35,051 nucleotides of DNA from a virus (taxonomy: Duplodnaviria > Caudoviricetes). Positions 26,283-35,050 of the stretch are shown piece by piece. Position 1 is the stretch's first letter. Every line of letters starts with the position of its first letter. The stretch lies in the IMG/VR virus record IMGVR_UViG_3300010398_000023, positions 1-35,051 of that record, one strand, 5' to 3'. The notes below the pieces were generated by a model, which saw only the letters and a list, made by a program, of their open reading frames with translations, was not told the origin of the DNA and did no database searches. The translations under genes and the position numbers were made by a program.

Positions 26283-27448
26283 TATCCCAATTCCTTCGCG
26301 GTCAGTTCCCCGACCCAGTTCCCCCCACCGTTCACGACCGCGCTCGTGCCGCTCTGAATCCAGATGAGTAGCTCGTAGGCGTACGTCCCCGCCGCGACCA
26401 CATCCAGATACGTGAAGGCAGGCAACGGCGTCACCACCGCACCACCCGCTTGGCACGATTTCATCACGATCTGCGTCCCGCTGCGTCGGAGGATCAACAG
26501 CACACCCACGTTGCCGCTGGCCCCAAGCTGAATGTAGTTGAGATTATGATTGAGCGTAATCAAGACCGCACCACCACTCGTGGTGATGTTCGGCATCGTC
26601 GCGACGCTCACGTAAGCGTTGTAGGTACTGGTCGAGAACGCCGCCGAAATCGTCTGATAAGATGAGGCACGCAGTGTGGCCCCAGGACTCAGCTTGCCGG
26701 TGATGGTCAGGTTGCCAGCCGCATCAAGCACGAGTGGGGACGCGAACGTGGTCGAGCCCGCCGGAGCACGCTGCACCGTGAGGTTATCCACATGGGTCAA
26801 AGTGATACTCCAACTCGCGATGGTCGCATCGTCCACGCTCCAGGCAGGTGTCGAGCCCCCGTACTTGCAGTTCTTCGTGAGCCCGATCCAGTCGAGGGTC
26901 GGGATCGCCATGAGGCGACCCTTCCCCGTGCGGCTGCCAAATTGGACCTCCGCAAAGTCTACCGAGCCCGCTGGCGGTCCCGGCAGCGAGAGCATCCCCG
27001 TGCCATCGAGCTTCAGCAGATTCGCCCATGCCAGTGTGGCAGCAGCGGGCGAACGCCAGATGTCGAAGGCATCGCCCGGATCAAACTGCGCCGACCAGGC
27101 GGGAGCCGTCGCATCGTCAGGCGTCGTGCCCGATCCCGCGTTCATCCGGAGCCCAACGGTGTTCTGGCCCGTGAGGGCCATGAGTCGGCCCTTCACCGTG
27201 CGTGAGCCGAACGTGAGCGCCTCCCCGACATTGCCAACGATAGTGACGGTGCGTGTACTCGGATTCGGCGTGAGCGTCGTGCCGCTGTCGGTCCACGAGG
27301 ACGCCCCGGACGGACCCACCTTGTTCCACGCCGCCCCGTCCGAGCCAAAGAGCGCGCTCTGCCCGGTGTCCCAGTAGAGGTCGCCCGCCATACCGACCGC
27401 CGGGGCACTCGCATACGGTGCGGCGTTCGCGATGCCGTAATTCCGCAT
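26282..27448 (-). CDS. Tail fibre / receptor-binding protein
   Basis: 388 aa from ATG 27448 (TGATG); GDLYWDT knob, internal duplication, C-terminal beta-sandwich. Confidence 0.7.
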   Translation of the reverse strand: MRNYGIANAAPYASAPAVGMAGDLYWDTGQSALFGSDGAAWNKVGPSGASSWTDSGTTLTPNPSTRTVTIVGNVGEALTFGSRTVKGRLMALTGQNTVGLRMNAGSGTTPDDATAPAWSAQFDPGDAFDIWRSPAAATLAWANLLKLDGTGMLSLPGPPAGSVDFAEVQFGSRTGKGRLMAIPTLDWIGLTKNCKYGGSTPAWSVDDATIASWSITLTHVDNLTVQRAPAGSTTFASPLVLDAAGNLTITGKLSPGATLRASSYQTISAAFSTSTYNAYVSVATMPNITTSGGAVLITLNHNLNYIQLGASGNVGVLLILRRSGTQIVMKSCQAGGAVVTPLPAFTYLDVVAAGTYAYELLIWIQSGTSAVVNGGGNWVGELTAKELG

Positions 27449-28683
27449 CAGCCCATCACCACCACCCGGTAGCCCGCCCCGAGATTCGGATTGTAGCGGA
27501 CGGTCGCCGTGTTGACGGTCGCGGCATCCCAATCCACCACCACCGCCGTGTACGGCGACGCGCCATTGTAGACTTGGAGGTGAATATCCCGTGTGTTTAA
27601 ATTGTGAGTCACGGTTTCGGGCGACGCCGTCCCTGTCAACACGGCGGCGAATTTCTTCGTCATCCCCGTGATCTGGGTGGTGACGTAGGCTTGCGTCGCA
27701 ATCACGGTGGTATCGACCGCCGTCACGCCCGGGGAGACCACGATGCCGGTCCCGGCCCCCACCGCGAAGGTGTTGCCGGTCAGCGTGAGCCCGTTGCCCG
27801 GCAGGTAGGTATTCGCCCCCGAGAACTGCACGAAGGTGAGCGGCGTCGTGCCCGGCGTGATCGGGGCGTTCGCGGTCTGGACCCAGCCCGTGTCGGCCTG
27901 CGTCGCGCCCTCCGAGATAAAGACTGCCGCGTTCACCAACTCGGGACCCGCATCGAGGTCCGTCGCCCGCGCCCACGCTCCCGAGGCGGCGACATAAACC
28001 CCGTTCTCCGAGCCGGTCGTCTGGTTCTTTAGTAGCACGCGGTCGCCCGCCGCCACCGTCACGCCGTCAACCGCGATCAAACCACCCGTCGCCACGACGA
28101 CGTTCGCCGTCGAGGCCACGCGCGCCGGTTGCTTCCACGAAAGCCCCGCAATCGCGTTGTCCACGTAGGCTTTGTTCGCCGCATCGTAGATCGCCCCCGG
28201 CCCCCCGACGTTCTTCAGCTGGTAGTTGCCCATGTCAATCGACGCTGTCGGCAGCGCGAACGTCGAGAGTGGAATCGTCGTGTGGTCAGCAGCGGCATGG
28301 GTCGGCGTCCCGTGAACATGATCGGACCGCGCGATGGTAACCGCCGCGCCGTCCGCTTTCGCCTGCCCAAAGGTGGTCTGCGCGGTGATGACCCCGAAGG
28401 CGGGCATCCCGTGCTTGTGATCTTCCCGGGCGTAGTTGGTCCCGGTGCCGACGACCGGGGCATCGCCAATCGCCTGCGTCGTGACGGTGCTGGCCGGTGG
28501 CAGGCTCGCGCCCGACTGCGCCGCGATCCACGCCGTGCCATTGTACCAATAAAGGATATTCGCGGTGGTATCGAAATACATCAGCCCCTTCACCGGCGAG
28601 GCCGGTGCGGAGCCGAGATTTTGCATCACTGCGTTGCGAATCTCGTTTTTAACGAGATCGACGTATCCATAAATGGTCGGCAT
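27448..28683 (-). CDS. Tail fibre protein
   Basis: 411 aa; GLMYFDT...WYNGTAW, AREDHKH/ARSDHVH, AANKAYVD, RVASTAN..IAVDGV..GDRVLLKNQT..ENGVY fibre motifs; C-terminal VTHNL domain. Confidence 0.8.
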   Translation of the reverse strand: MPTIYGYVDLVKNEIRNAVMQNLGSAPASPVKGLMYFDTTANILYWYNGTAWIAAQSGASLPPASTVTTQAIGDAPVVGTGTNYAREDHKHGMPAFGVITAQTTFGQAKADGAAVTIARSDHVHGTPTHAAADHTTIPLSTFALPTASIDMGNYQLKNVGGPGAIYDAANKAYVDNAIAGLSWKQPARVASTANVVVATGGLIAVDGVTVAAGDRVLLKNQTTGSENGVYVAASGAWARATDLDAGPELVNAAVFISEGATQADTGWVQTANAPITPGTTPLTFVQFSGANTYLPGNGLTLTGNTFAVGAGTGIVVSPGVTAVDTTVIATQAYVTTQITGMTKKFAAVLTGTASPETVTHNLNTRDIHLQVYNGASPYTAVVVDWDAATVNTATVRYNPNLGAGYRVVVMG

Positions 28684-28692
28684 CACATTCCC

Positions 28693-29274
28693 CTAACTCA
28701 AATAGGCTTCCCCACCGACCGCCGCCGAGAACGTCAGCTGCACGGTCGACGTACTCGGATACTCAATTGTTCCCGGCCAGATTTCCCGCCCACTCGAATC
28801 CACCACGGAGACATTCGGCCAGAAGGACAAGTTATGCGTAATCGTCCACACCATCGCCGCTGTCGCCTGCACGTAATGGAATGCCCCAGTCCCCGGATCA
28901 CCCTGCGGCCCTTGCGGACCCGGCGGTCCGGCTGGTCCTGGCGGACCGGCGCCCCCGCCCATCACAATTCCGGTCTTGTCGATGACAACCGAGTCGATTC
29001 CTTCGACCTGAAAAACCCAGCGCGCGGGTTGCGCCGTCTCTGTCCAGTCGGCCAGCGTTTCGGCGCGCAGCAGGCACCCCGTCTCATCGTCCCCACTCGG
29101 CGTCATGCCTGCGGCTTCCACCACCGCCAGCACATCCCCACTCAGCACGGGTTCGAGCCGGTTATAGCCACCCGCATGCGTCCGCTCGAATTTGACGCGC
29201 GGGACGGGGGCGGCTGGATTCCCGGCCAGACAGATCGAATTTTGCTGCATCGAGATTGGCGGTTCGATAGCCAC
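28693..29274 (-). CDS. Fibre protein with short collagen and C-terminal WTITHNL domain
   Basis: 193 aa; GTG start (TAGTG); GPPGPAGPPGPQGPQGDPG; WTITHNL..PNVSVVDS.G. Confidence 0.7.
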   Translation of the reverse strand: MAIEPPISMQQNSICLAGNPAAPVPRVKFERTHAGGYNRLEPVLSGDVLAVVEAAGMTPSGDDETGCLLRAETLADWTETAQPARWVFQVEGIDSVVIDKTGIVMGGGAGPPGPAGPPGPQGPQGDPGTGAFHYVQATAAMVWTITHNLSFWPNVSVVDSSGREIWPGTIEYPSTSTVQLTFSAAVGGEAYLS

Positions 29275-30017
29275 TAGCCGACCTCCATCGCGATCAGACC
29301 GCCTCCGGCCACGTTCGAGCTAATCACGTAACAGTTCGGCTCCGTGAACGCCTGAAAGGTGTAGATGTAGGTCGCCGCCGGGGGAGCCGGGTCCACCCAG
29401 GAGAGCCCCGGGAGCGGCGCGTACACGCCGTAGCCGGTCACGTTGTGCATGGACGCGGTGCAGGTCGTCGAGTTCCGCATTAGCCGGAGCCCGATGTTCC
29501 CGGTCCCCGCGTCACACGTCCCGGAGAGCGAGCCCGACGCGAACAGGAAGACAGAGCCCCCGCGCGTCGTCACCGCCACCCCCACTATCGTCGTCCAGCC
29601 AACCCCCCCAGTCGAGCCCAAGAAGAAATTGACGGGCACCGCCGCATACGAGGAAGGCGCACAGGGCGCATTCGGAGCCATCTTAGCGCGCGTCACCGCC
29701 CCCGGTGCAATGATCGGATTCGGGTACGACGACCCCAGCAGATCACCGCCTGCGGCCCCCCCGGGCGGGAAGGTACCCGGCACGCCGGTCAGCTTGCCCC
29801 ACGCCACGTCGTGGACCTTGGCGTCCGTCACTTTGAGGGGGCCAATAAGCGGATTCGGATAATACCCCGTCAAATCCCCCCCTGCCGGTCCGACGGGCGT
29901 GATCCCGCCATCGGCAGCAAACCACACCTGACCATCCCACTGATACGTGGTCCCATTCGAGCCCGCGTACTGCTGGCCGACGGTGAGTGGTGGATTCGGG
30001 AAATCGAGTACGGGCAT
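29274..30017 (-). CDS. Tail fibre / receptor-binding protein
   Basis: 247 aa from ATG 30017; LDFPNPP..GQQY...YQWDG..W N-terminus, two AGGDLxGxYPNP repeats, C-terminal domain similar to that of 26282..27448. Confidence 0.7.
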   Translation of the reverse strand: MPVLDFPNPPLTVGQQYAGSNGTTYQWDGQVWFAADGGITPVGPAGGDLTGYYPNPLIGPLKVTDAKVHDVAWGKLTGVPGTFPPGGAAGGDLLGSSYPNPIIAPGAVTRAKMAPNAPCAPSSYAAVPVNFFLGSTGGVGWTTIVGVAVTTRGGSVFLFASGSLSGTCDAGTGNIGLRLMRNSTTCTASMHNVTGYGVYAPLPGLSWVDPAPPAATYIYTFQAFTEPNCYVISSNVAGGGLIAMEVG

Positions 30018-30289
30018 CAGATCACCTGTGTGTTTTCTCGATACCGCCGGGGCGGATTCGGCACGGCAGCCGTCGTGCTCCCCCACACCTCGATCAGCAC
30101 CTGGGAGGCCACCACCTTGGTGGTCGGCGTATAGGTGCCCCACACCTCGGCCAGCAGCTGGGAGAGCACCTCCGTCGTCGGCGGGACTTGGATCACCCAG
30201 GTCTCGAACAGGGCCTGCGAGAGCACCGTCCGAGGGGTATCGGTCACCCAAAGTTCCGCGACCGTCTGCGAGAGCCGGAGGTCCGTCAC
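30017..30289 (-). CDS. Small repeat protein (SQxxxExW x4), virion appendage component
   Basis: 90 aa from GTG 30289 (GTGA overlap). Confidence 0.65.
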   Translation of the reverse strand: MTDLRLSQTVAELWVTDTPRTVLSQALFETWVIQVPPTTEVLSQLLAEVWGTYTPTTKVVASQVLIEVWGSTTAAVPNPPRRYRENTQVI

Positions 30290-31797
30290 GAGGTCACCTT
30301 CGCGCCCACCTTGATCCCGGCTACCCCGGCCAGCGTCCACGCCGCTGCGGTATTCGGGTCCGTCGTATCGACACGCGAGAGATAGGAGTAGGTCGAGGAC
30401 AGCGCGGTATCCACCCCCGTCACCGTCGTCGCCCCGGAGACCACTTGGAGTTGTCCCGTCCGGGCTCCGGCATCCGACTTTTTCACGTAAATCTTCGACA
30501 CCACGCCAATGATCGCCTGCGCCGTCACCCCCACTAGATCGGCCACGTCGTAGAGGTCTTGCTGCGTCGGGGTCGCGGACAGCACGTAGTCCGTATCCCC
30601 ATTCGCCAGGAGTTCGGACACCATGAGGCAGTTGCCGGTGAGTGTCGCGACCATGTAGGGAAAGCGCGTCGCCGCATCCGTCGAGATGGCTCCTGCGGGA
30701 TCAGGGAAACCGCTCGCGTAGGGCTGCGCCTTGTACCAGCGCGTCGCGGTGGCCGACATCGCCGTGAACGCGACGTTGGCCAGAATCGCCCAGACGTAGG
30801 TATTGCCCGGCGAAAGATACGTGCCTGCCGGGAACGTGAAGGTCACCGTCCCGGCTCCCGGATTCGTCACCGCCGTCGAGACCGCCATGCGCGTGCCCGG
30901 ATAGCCGCCGCCCCCATCCCCGAGATAGATCGCCGCCTGGAGGTTCCCAGTAACCCCGCTCTGCAGCGAGAGCGTGATATTCGAGAGCAATCCCCCGCGC
31001 GTCGGCGTGATCGTGTTCGTGAAATTGATCTCGTTTGCGTTGAACGCCTGGTTGATGACGTTCGATCCCGAGGCCACGGCTTGCGTACCGCCCGGCGTCG
31101 CCGTGAACTGCACGGCCGAATCCGCGACAGCTGGCAAGCAGATCGCCCGCGTATCCCCGACCCAAGTGTTCGGGGCCGCCCCGGAGCCGGAGTACACCAG
31201 CAAGTCGTCAATGCGGAAATAATTCGCGGAGACGCTGCCATTCCCCCAGGCAAAGGAGTTCGCGTACGAATTCGCGGTGGCCCGGGTATTGAGCGCCGTC
31301 GCCGTGAAGGTATCCGTCGGGGCACCGTTCTTCCGCACCGTGAACGTCCCCGCCGTCGGGTCAATCACCACCTTGAACTGGAAATGCTGCCACAAGTCCT
31401 GGGGCATCGCCGCCGTATAGGTCGCCACGACGGTCCCGTTCTGATCGCCCCGCTTCAGCACGATGTTCCCGGTCGCCTCCAAGACGATGGTGCATTGCGC
31501 GGCCCCGGCATCCAGAAACTTGAAATAGACCCCGGCATAGGCCCCGAGCGGTGCGCCTTCCATGTACACCGCCACTGCAATGTAGAGCGTCGTCTCATTC
31601 GAGCCGATCGTCTTGGTGCCCCAGGTGTAATTCGCTCCGGACCCATACACGTATTGCCCGGGGCTGAACCGCGCTGGCTTCGTCGTGAGCGCGACCGACC
31701 CGAGCGACGGAGAATTCGGGACCGTATCCCACACGCTGCGGGCCAGGTCCGCCACATTCCCGTAGTAATCGAAGCCGTCTCCGACGATCCAACTCAT
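30286..31797 (-). CDS. Virion structural protein with lectin-like (GDGFDxY) domain and inserted beta-sandwich
   Basis: 503 aa from ATG 31797; MSWIVGDGFDYY, WQHFQFKV..G.FTVRKNG, IDDL, C-terminal DPNTAAAWT..V.GI..G motifs. Confidence 0.7.
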   Translation of the reverse strand: MSWIVGDGFDYYGNVADLARSVWDTVPNSPSLGSVALTTKPARFSPGQYVYGSGANYTWGTKTIGSNETTLYIAVAVYMEGAPLGAYAGVYFKFLDAGAAQCTIVLEATGNIVLKRGDQNGTVVATYTAAMPQDLWQHFQFKVVIDPTAGTFTVRKNGAPTDTFTATALNTRATANSYANSFAWGNGSVSANYFRIDDLLVYSGSGAAPNTWVGDTRAICLPAVADSAVQFTATPGGTQAVASGSNVINQAFNANEINFTNTITPTRGGLLSNITLSLQSGVTGNLQAAIYLGDGGGGYPGTRMAVSTAVTNPGAGTVTFTFPAGTYLSPGNTYVWAILANVAFTAMSATATRWYKAQPYASGFPDPAGAISTDAATRFPYMVATLTGNCLMVSELLANGDTDYVLSATPTQQDLYDVADLVGVTAQAIIGVVSKIYVKKSDAGARTGQLQVVSGATTVTGVDTALSSTYSYLSRVDTTDPNTAAAWTLAGVAGIKVGAKVTS

Positions 31798-32894
31798 AGC
31801 GCCCCCCGGAGCGTCCACGTAATGTCTGCGAGCGTGGCATCCGGCGTCGCCGCCGCGATGAGTTCGATGCGGTCCCCGGGCGCGATCGAGACCGCTGCCG
31901 CCCAGGTGAAGGCCGCCGTCGTCACCCCGCCGCTCCAGTTGATCGACCCCTTGGAGGTGCCGTTCACCCGCACGTCAAAATTCGTCGTGCTCGTCGGGGC
32001 CGTCTTCGCGACCGCCTGGCTCCCCGCGAGCCCCCCCGGCAACGTGAACGGCAGCGCCGCCACATAGAAGCCGAGCGACAAGGAGGCGGTCGGGCCTCCG
32101 GCATAAGCCCCCGAGACCAAGTAGAACTGCTGCGCCGTCACCTTGCCGACGGACGCCATCGCCGGGACCCACTGCTTGGAGTTCCCGTCGTCGTACCAGA
32201 CGTAGAGGTTCCCGTCCGTGTTCCGCCACCAGAGGTCACCCGGCTGCGGATTCGCTGGAGGATTTGGCCCCGTCGTCGATCCCTGAATGCCCGGGATGTC
32301 GACCCACTTGCCGCCCATGCGGCCCTGGAACGTGGTCCCGGTCCACTGCAGCGTGCCCTCGTTCGTCTGATTCGCCGCCCCGAGTTGGACCCCGCCCCCC
32401 ACCACCAACCGCTCCGCATCGAAGATGGTCGACGGATCGAGCGGGGGCAGGAAGACCGAGCCCCCGAGCGTCGTCTTCAGGATGTCCTGCCCACTCGCGG
32501 CGATCTTCACCGTGCCGACCGAGTTGATCCCGAGTTCCGCTGCGGTGCCGAGCGGGCGAAAGTCCGCCGTGCCGTAGAGCCAGGTATCCGGCGTCACGTT
32601 GATCGTCCCGGTTGGCCCCGGGAGCCAGATGCCCGGATAGAGCACGCCGCCGGTTGATGAGCCCGGGTCTGGCGTCGAGGGCTGCAGCAGCTGGTGATCG
32701 GTATTCACCTTCCACAGCTGATCGCCCCCGGCCCCGCCCCCGCTCGGGGCAGGCGTCCAGACGAAATTCCCCTGGGAATCGGAGGCAATGATGTACCCCG
32801 CCCCCGGCGTGGGGATCATCTGGAAGGCGTCCGCGATCACCTTGTGGAAGCGGTGATCGTCGAAGCCGTGCGTGATGCGGTGATTCGCTCCCAT
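31794..32894 (-). CDS. Tail fibre / appendage protein
   Basis: 366 aa; EGTLQWTGTTFQG, PPANPQPGDLWW..DGNLYVWYDDGNSKQWV knob motifs; C-terminal TAPT...GDRIEL..DATLADI domain. Confidence 0.7.
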   Translation of the reverse strand: MGANHRITHGFDDHRFHKVIADAFQMIPTPGAGYIIASDSQGNFVWTPAPSGGGAGGDQLWKVNTDHQLLQPSTPDPGSSTGGVLYPGIWLPGPTGTINVTPDTWLYGTADFRPLGTAAELGINSVGTVKIAASGQDILKTTLGGSVFLPPLDPSTIFDAERLVVGGGVQLGAANQTNEGTLQWTGTTFQGRMGGKWVDIPGIQGSTTGPNPPANPQPGDLWWRNTDGNLYVWYDDGNSKQWVPAMASVGKVTAQQFYLVSGAYAGGPTASLSLGFYVAALPFTLPGGLAGSQAVAKTAPTSTTNFDVRVNGTSKGSINWSGGVTTAAFTWAAAVSIAPGDRIELIAAATPDATLADITWTLRGAL

Positions 32895-33278
32895 CTAGAA
32901 GCCGCCAGGATCGGTTTCGACCGCCACTCCTTCCACCGTCACCCCCCACCCCGATCCAGCGTTCCGCACCGTCGCGGCCAGATAATCGAGCGCCGCCCAG
33001 TAGGTGTAGGTCCCGGCGGTGATGATCGGGTCCGAGACCGGGGCCGCCTGCTGCGCCAGGATCGACGGCAAGAGTTCCCCGTTCCAGCCGTAGAGTTGCA
33101 CGACTGTGTTCGCGAGAAACGTCCCCCCGACCGTGATCGTGAACGGGCAGATGCACTGCAAATGCACCCACTGACTATCCTGATCCCCGATCATCCGGCG
33201 GATCAGGGTAAAGCGGGTGACCGTCCGGCCCTTCTCCGGCACCGAGAGGGGCACACCCAGGGGCCGTTCCTGTGGCAT
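32895..33278 (-). CDS. Small jelly-roll/spike-base-like virion protein
   Basis: 127 aa; ITVGGTF..TVVQLYG.NG beta pattern; first gene of appendage cluster. Confidence 0.55.
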   Translation of the reverse strand: MPQERPLGVPLSVPEKGRTVTRFTLIRRMIGDQDSQWVHLQCICPFTITVGGTFLANTVVQLYGWNGELLPSILAQQAAPVSDPIITAGTYTYWAALDYLAATVRNAGSGWGVTVEGVAVETDPGGF

Positions 33279-33718
33279 TAGCGCGCCTTTTTCTTCGCCT
33301 TCTTCGGCCGGGGATGCCCGGTCGACGACTCCGGCTCGGACTCGTCGCCCTCGTCCTCGTCGTCAAACTCGTCCTCATCCTCATCTTCGGGTCGTTTCAT
33401 CGCGTGTTCCACCTCCGCGCCCGCGAGGTCCCCGCGATGGGCGCTCAGTTCCTGCTTGACGTGGGCGAGTTCAGACTCCAGTCCATGCAGTTCCTTCTGC
33501 TTGGCCGTGACCGCCTCCCCGAGCGACGACAATTCCGAGCGGAGGGACGCCATATCGGACTCGATCCGCGCCCGCTCCTTCCCTTCCTTCGCCTGCATCG
33601 CGGTGAACGACTGTTCGAGGCGTGCGAGTTCGGCCTGCCGGTCGACCAGCAGCGTGGCGAGGCTCGACAGCTTCACTTGCTGGTCGACCGTGTCCTCGGT
33701 GGCTTTGGGAATGGTCAT
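33278..33718 (-). CDS. Coiled-coil protein with acidic then basic tail
   Basis: 146 aa from ATG 33718 with AAGGAG RBS; long heptad repeat, EDEDEDEFDDEDE, KKAKKKAR. Confidence 0.7.
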   Translation of the reverse strand: MTIPKATEDTVDQQVKLSSLATLLVDRQAELARLEQSFTAMQAKEGKERARIESDMASLRSELSSLGEAVTAKQKELHGLESELAHVKQELSAHRGDLAGAEVEHAMKRPEDEDEDEFDDEDEGDESEPESSTGHPRPKKAKKKAR

Positions 33719-34172
33719 CCGATTCTCCTTCCGCGAACACCCGGACGCGCGTCCGGCGTTGGCGACGGACCAGTTCACGGCGGGTGAGTTTCACCCGCGC
33801 CATCGGCAGCACGAGCCGCTGCGTCAACGTGAGATGATCGCCCGTCTGTTTGAGGCCAACGATTTTCAGCAATTGACTTGCGACCGCATCGGCATCAACA
33901 TTCGGGAAGCCGACCGCCATCGCGGTCGCATACGGGACGGCGGCTGGCCCCCCGGTCACCCACGCGATCAGATCGCGCAGCACCGGCCGGGCGTACCAGT
34001 TCCGCGTGCGGTGCGCGACGGCCTCCCGGCAGAAATCATGGACGGCATCGAAGACGAGCGCGCGATAGAGCCGCAGCGACGGGGTATCCAATTCGGGCGG
34101 CACGGCGAATTGCATCGGAAGGATCAATTCCTCCCCGACGAAGACCGAGAGCACTCGGACCTCGCCCAGCAT
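33471..34172 (-). CDS. Hypothetical helical protein
   Basis: 233 aa; TGATG coupling; RLYRALVFDAVHDF...RDLIAWV motif; last ~80 codons overlap next gene. Confidence 0.6.
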   Translation of the reverse strand: MLGEVRVLSVFVGEELILPMQFAVPPELDTPSLRLYRALVFDAVHDFCREAVAHRTRNWYARPVLRDLIAWVTGGPAAVPYATAMAVGFPNVDADAVASQLLKIVGLKQTGDHLTLTQRLVLPMARVKLTRRELVRRQRRTRVRVFAEGESDDHSQSHRGHGRPASEAVEPRHAAGRPAGRTRTPRTVVHRDAGEGREGAGADRVRYGVPPLGIVVARGGGHGQAEGTAWTGV

Positions 34173-34390
34173 CAGCGCGCCCGCCTCGGTCGCCGCATGA
34201 GTGGGCGCGGGCCTTGGAGCATGTCAGCGGTCCGATGCCCCTTGGCGAATTTGAGTCCCAACCGGTCGATTTTCGTCCGGGGATAAATGGATTTCTGGAG
34301 TGGGGCGAGTTCGGAGATATTCTGCTGCTGGGCGGGCAACGTGGTCGTGCCCGGCGTCGCCTGGGGCGTCGGCTGGGAGGGGTCGGCCAT
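34172..34390 (-). CDS. Small basic protein with capsid N-terminus-like motif
   Basis: 72 aa; TGATG overlaps at both ends; NISELAPLQKSIY; ends RRPRRAR. Confidence 0.65.
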   Translation of the reverse strand: MADPSQPTPQATPGTTTLPAQQQNISELAPLQKSIYPRTKIDRLGLKFAKGHRTADMLQGPRPLMRRPRRAR

Positions 34391-34542
34391 CAGCGCCGCC
34401 CCGCCTGCTCCCGGCGCAGGGCACGGGTTTCCTTCGCGCGCAGGGGTTGCGTCGTGCGCTGGATTTCGCCGCGCACGCCTTGCATCTGCCGCAAGTGCCG
34501 TTCCGGTTTTCTGCGATCAAAAACCGGGACTACTTTGTCCAC
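34390..34542 (-). CDS. Small basic hypothetical protein
   Basis: Not in track; GTG start, 50 aa MDKVVPVFDRRKPERHLRQMQGVRGEIQRTTQPLRAKETRALRREQAGRR; TGATG coupled to next gene. Confidence 0.55.
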   Translation of the reverse strand: MDKVVPVFDRRKPERHLRQMQGVRGEIQRTTQPLRAKETRALRREQAGRR

Positions 34543-34567
34543 CCCCCCATACCCATCTGCCCCCTAC

Positions 34568-35050
34568 TTATCCTCCAAATGCGCGCCGCGCTTCTCGCGC
34601 AATTCGCATCGCGTGTCGATGTTGTTCCGATGCAGGCATATCCGGCTGTGCTCCCGCCATCCCGCCCGACTGCATCATCCCCTGCAGCGACTGCTGCCAC
34701 GCGGGCTGATACTGGTCTGGCGTCGGCGGCGACGAGTGCCCACGCGAGAACCACTCGTGCATGATGTCGGTATTCGACCCGATGTTGCCATCCGGATCGT
34801 TGTTCGCGGTCACGCTCCCATCCTCGTTCAGCATCGCATCCCCTCGGTCCGCTGCGGCCCGCAGCTGGCTGTCCGCGATCCCGGCCTGGAGCGCGAGCGC
34901 CTGGTCGGAGAGCCCCGCGAGCGTTTTCCGCCCCGCGACCCGCTCCGGATTGTACCATGACGAATCGCTCGGCGTCCCCTCCGGGGCCGTGTCTGGTGCC
35001 GCTTCCGACGCAGCCAGCTGGCCGAGATTCGAGACGCCCCCGGCGGACTG
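34568..35050 (-). CDS. Hypothetical disordered protein, 5'-truncated by window edge
   Basis: Frame of the 88-aa track ORF is stop-free to the right edge (QSAGGVSNLGQLAAS...AMRIAREARRAFGG). Confidence 0.65.
   Translation of the reverse strand, partial: QSAGGVSNLGQLAASEAAPDTAPEGTPSDSSWYNPERVAGRKTLAGLSDQALALQAGIADSQLRAAADRGDAMLNEDGSVTANNDPDGNIGSNTDIMHEWFSRGHSSPPTPDQYQPAWQQSLQGMMQSGGMAGAQPDMPASEQHRHAMRIAREARRAFGG

Noticed and set aside
26282-30017. Diversity-generating retroelement acting on paralogous fibre tips
   Set aside because: No reverse transcriptase and no near-identical nucleotide repeat differing only at adenines.
34480-34502. Sigma-54 promoter (GGCAC...TTGC)
   Set aside because: Spacing between the -24 and -12 elements is wrong on both strands.
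34395-34530. Series of hairpins (CCGGTTTT/AAAACCGG, CTTGC/GCAAG, CGTGCGC/GCGCACG) as an ncRNA or terminator
   Set aside because: The region is covered by a translationally coupled 50-aa ORF; no U-tract follows the stems; short stems are expected at this GC content.
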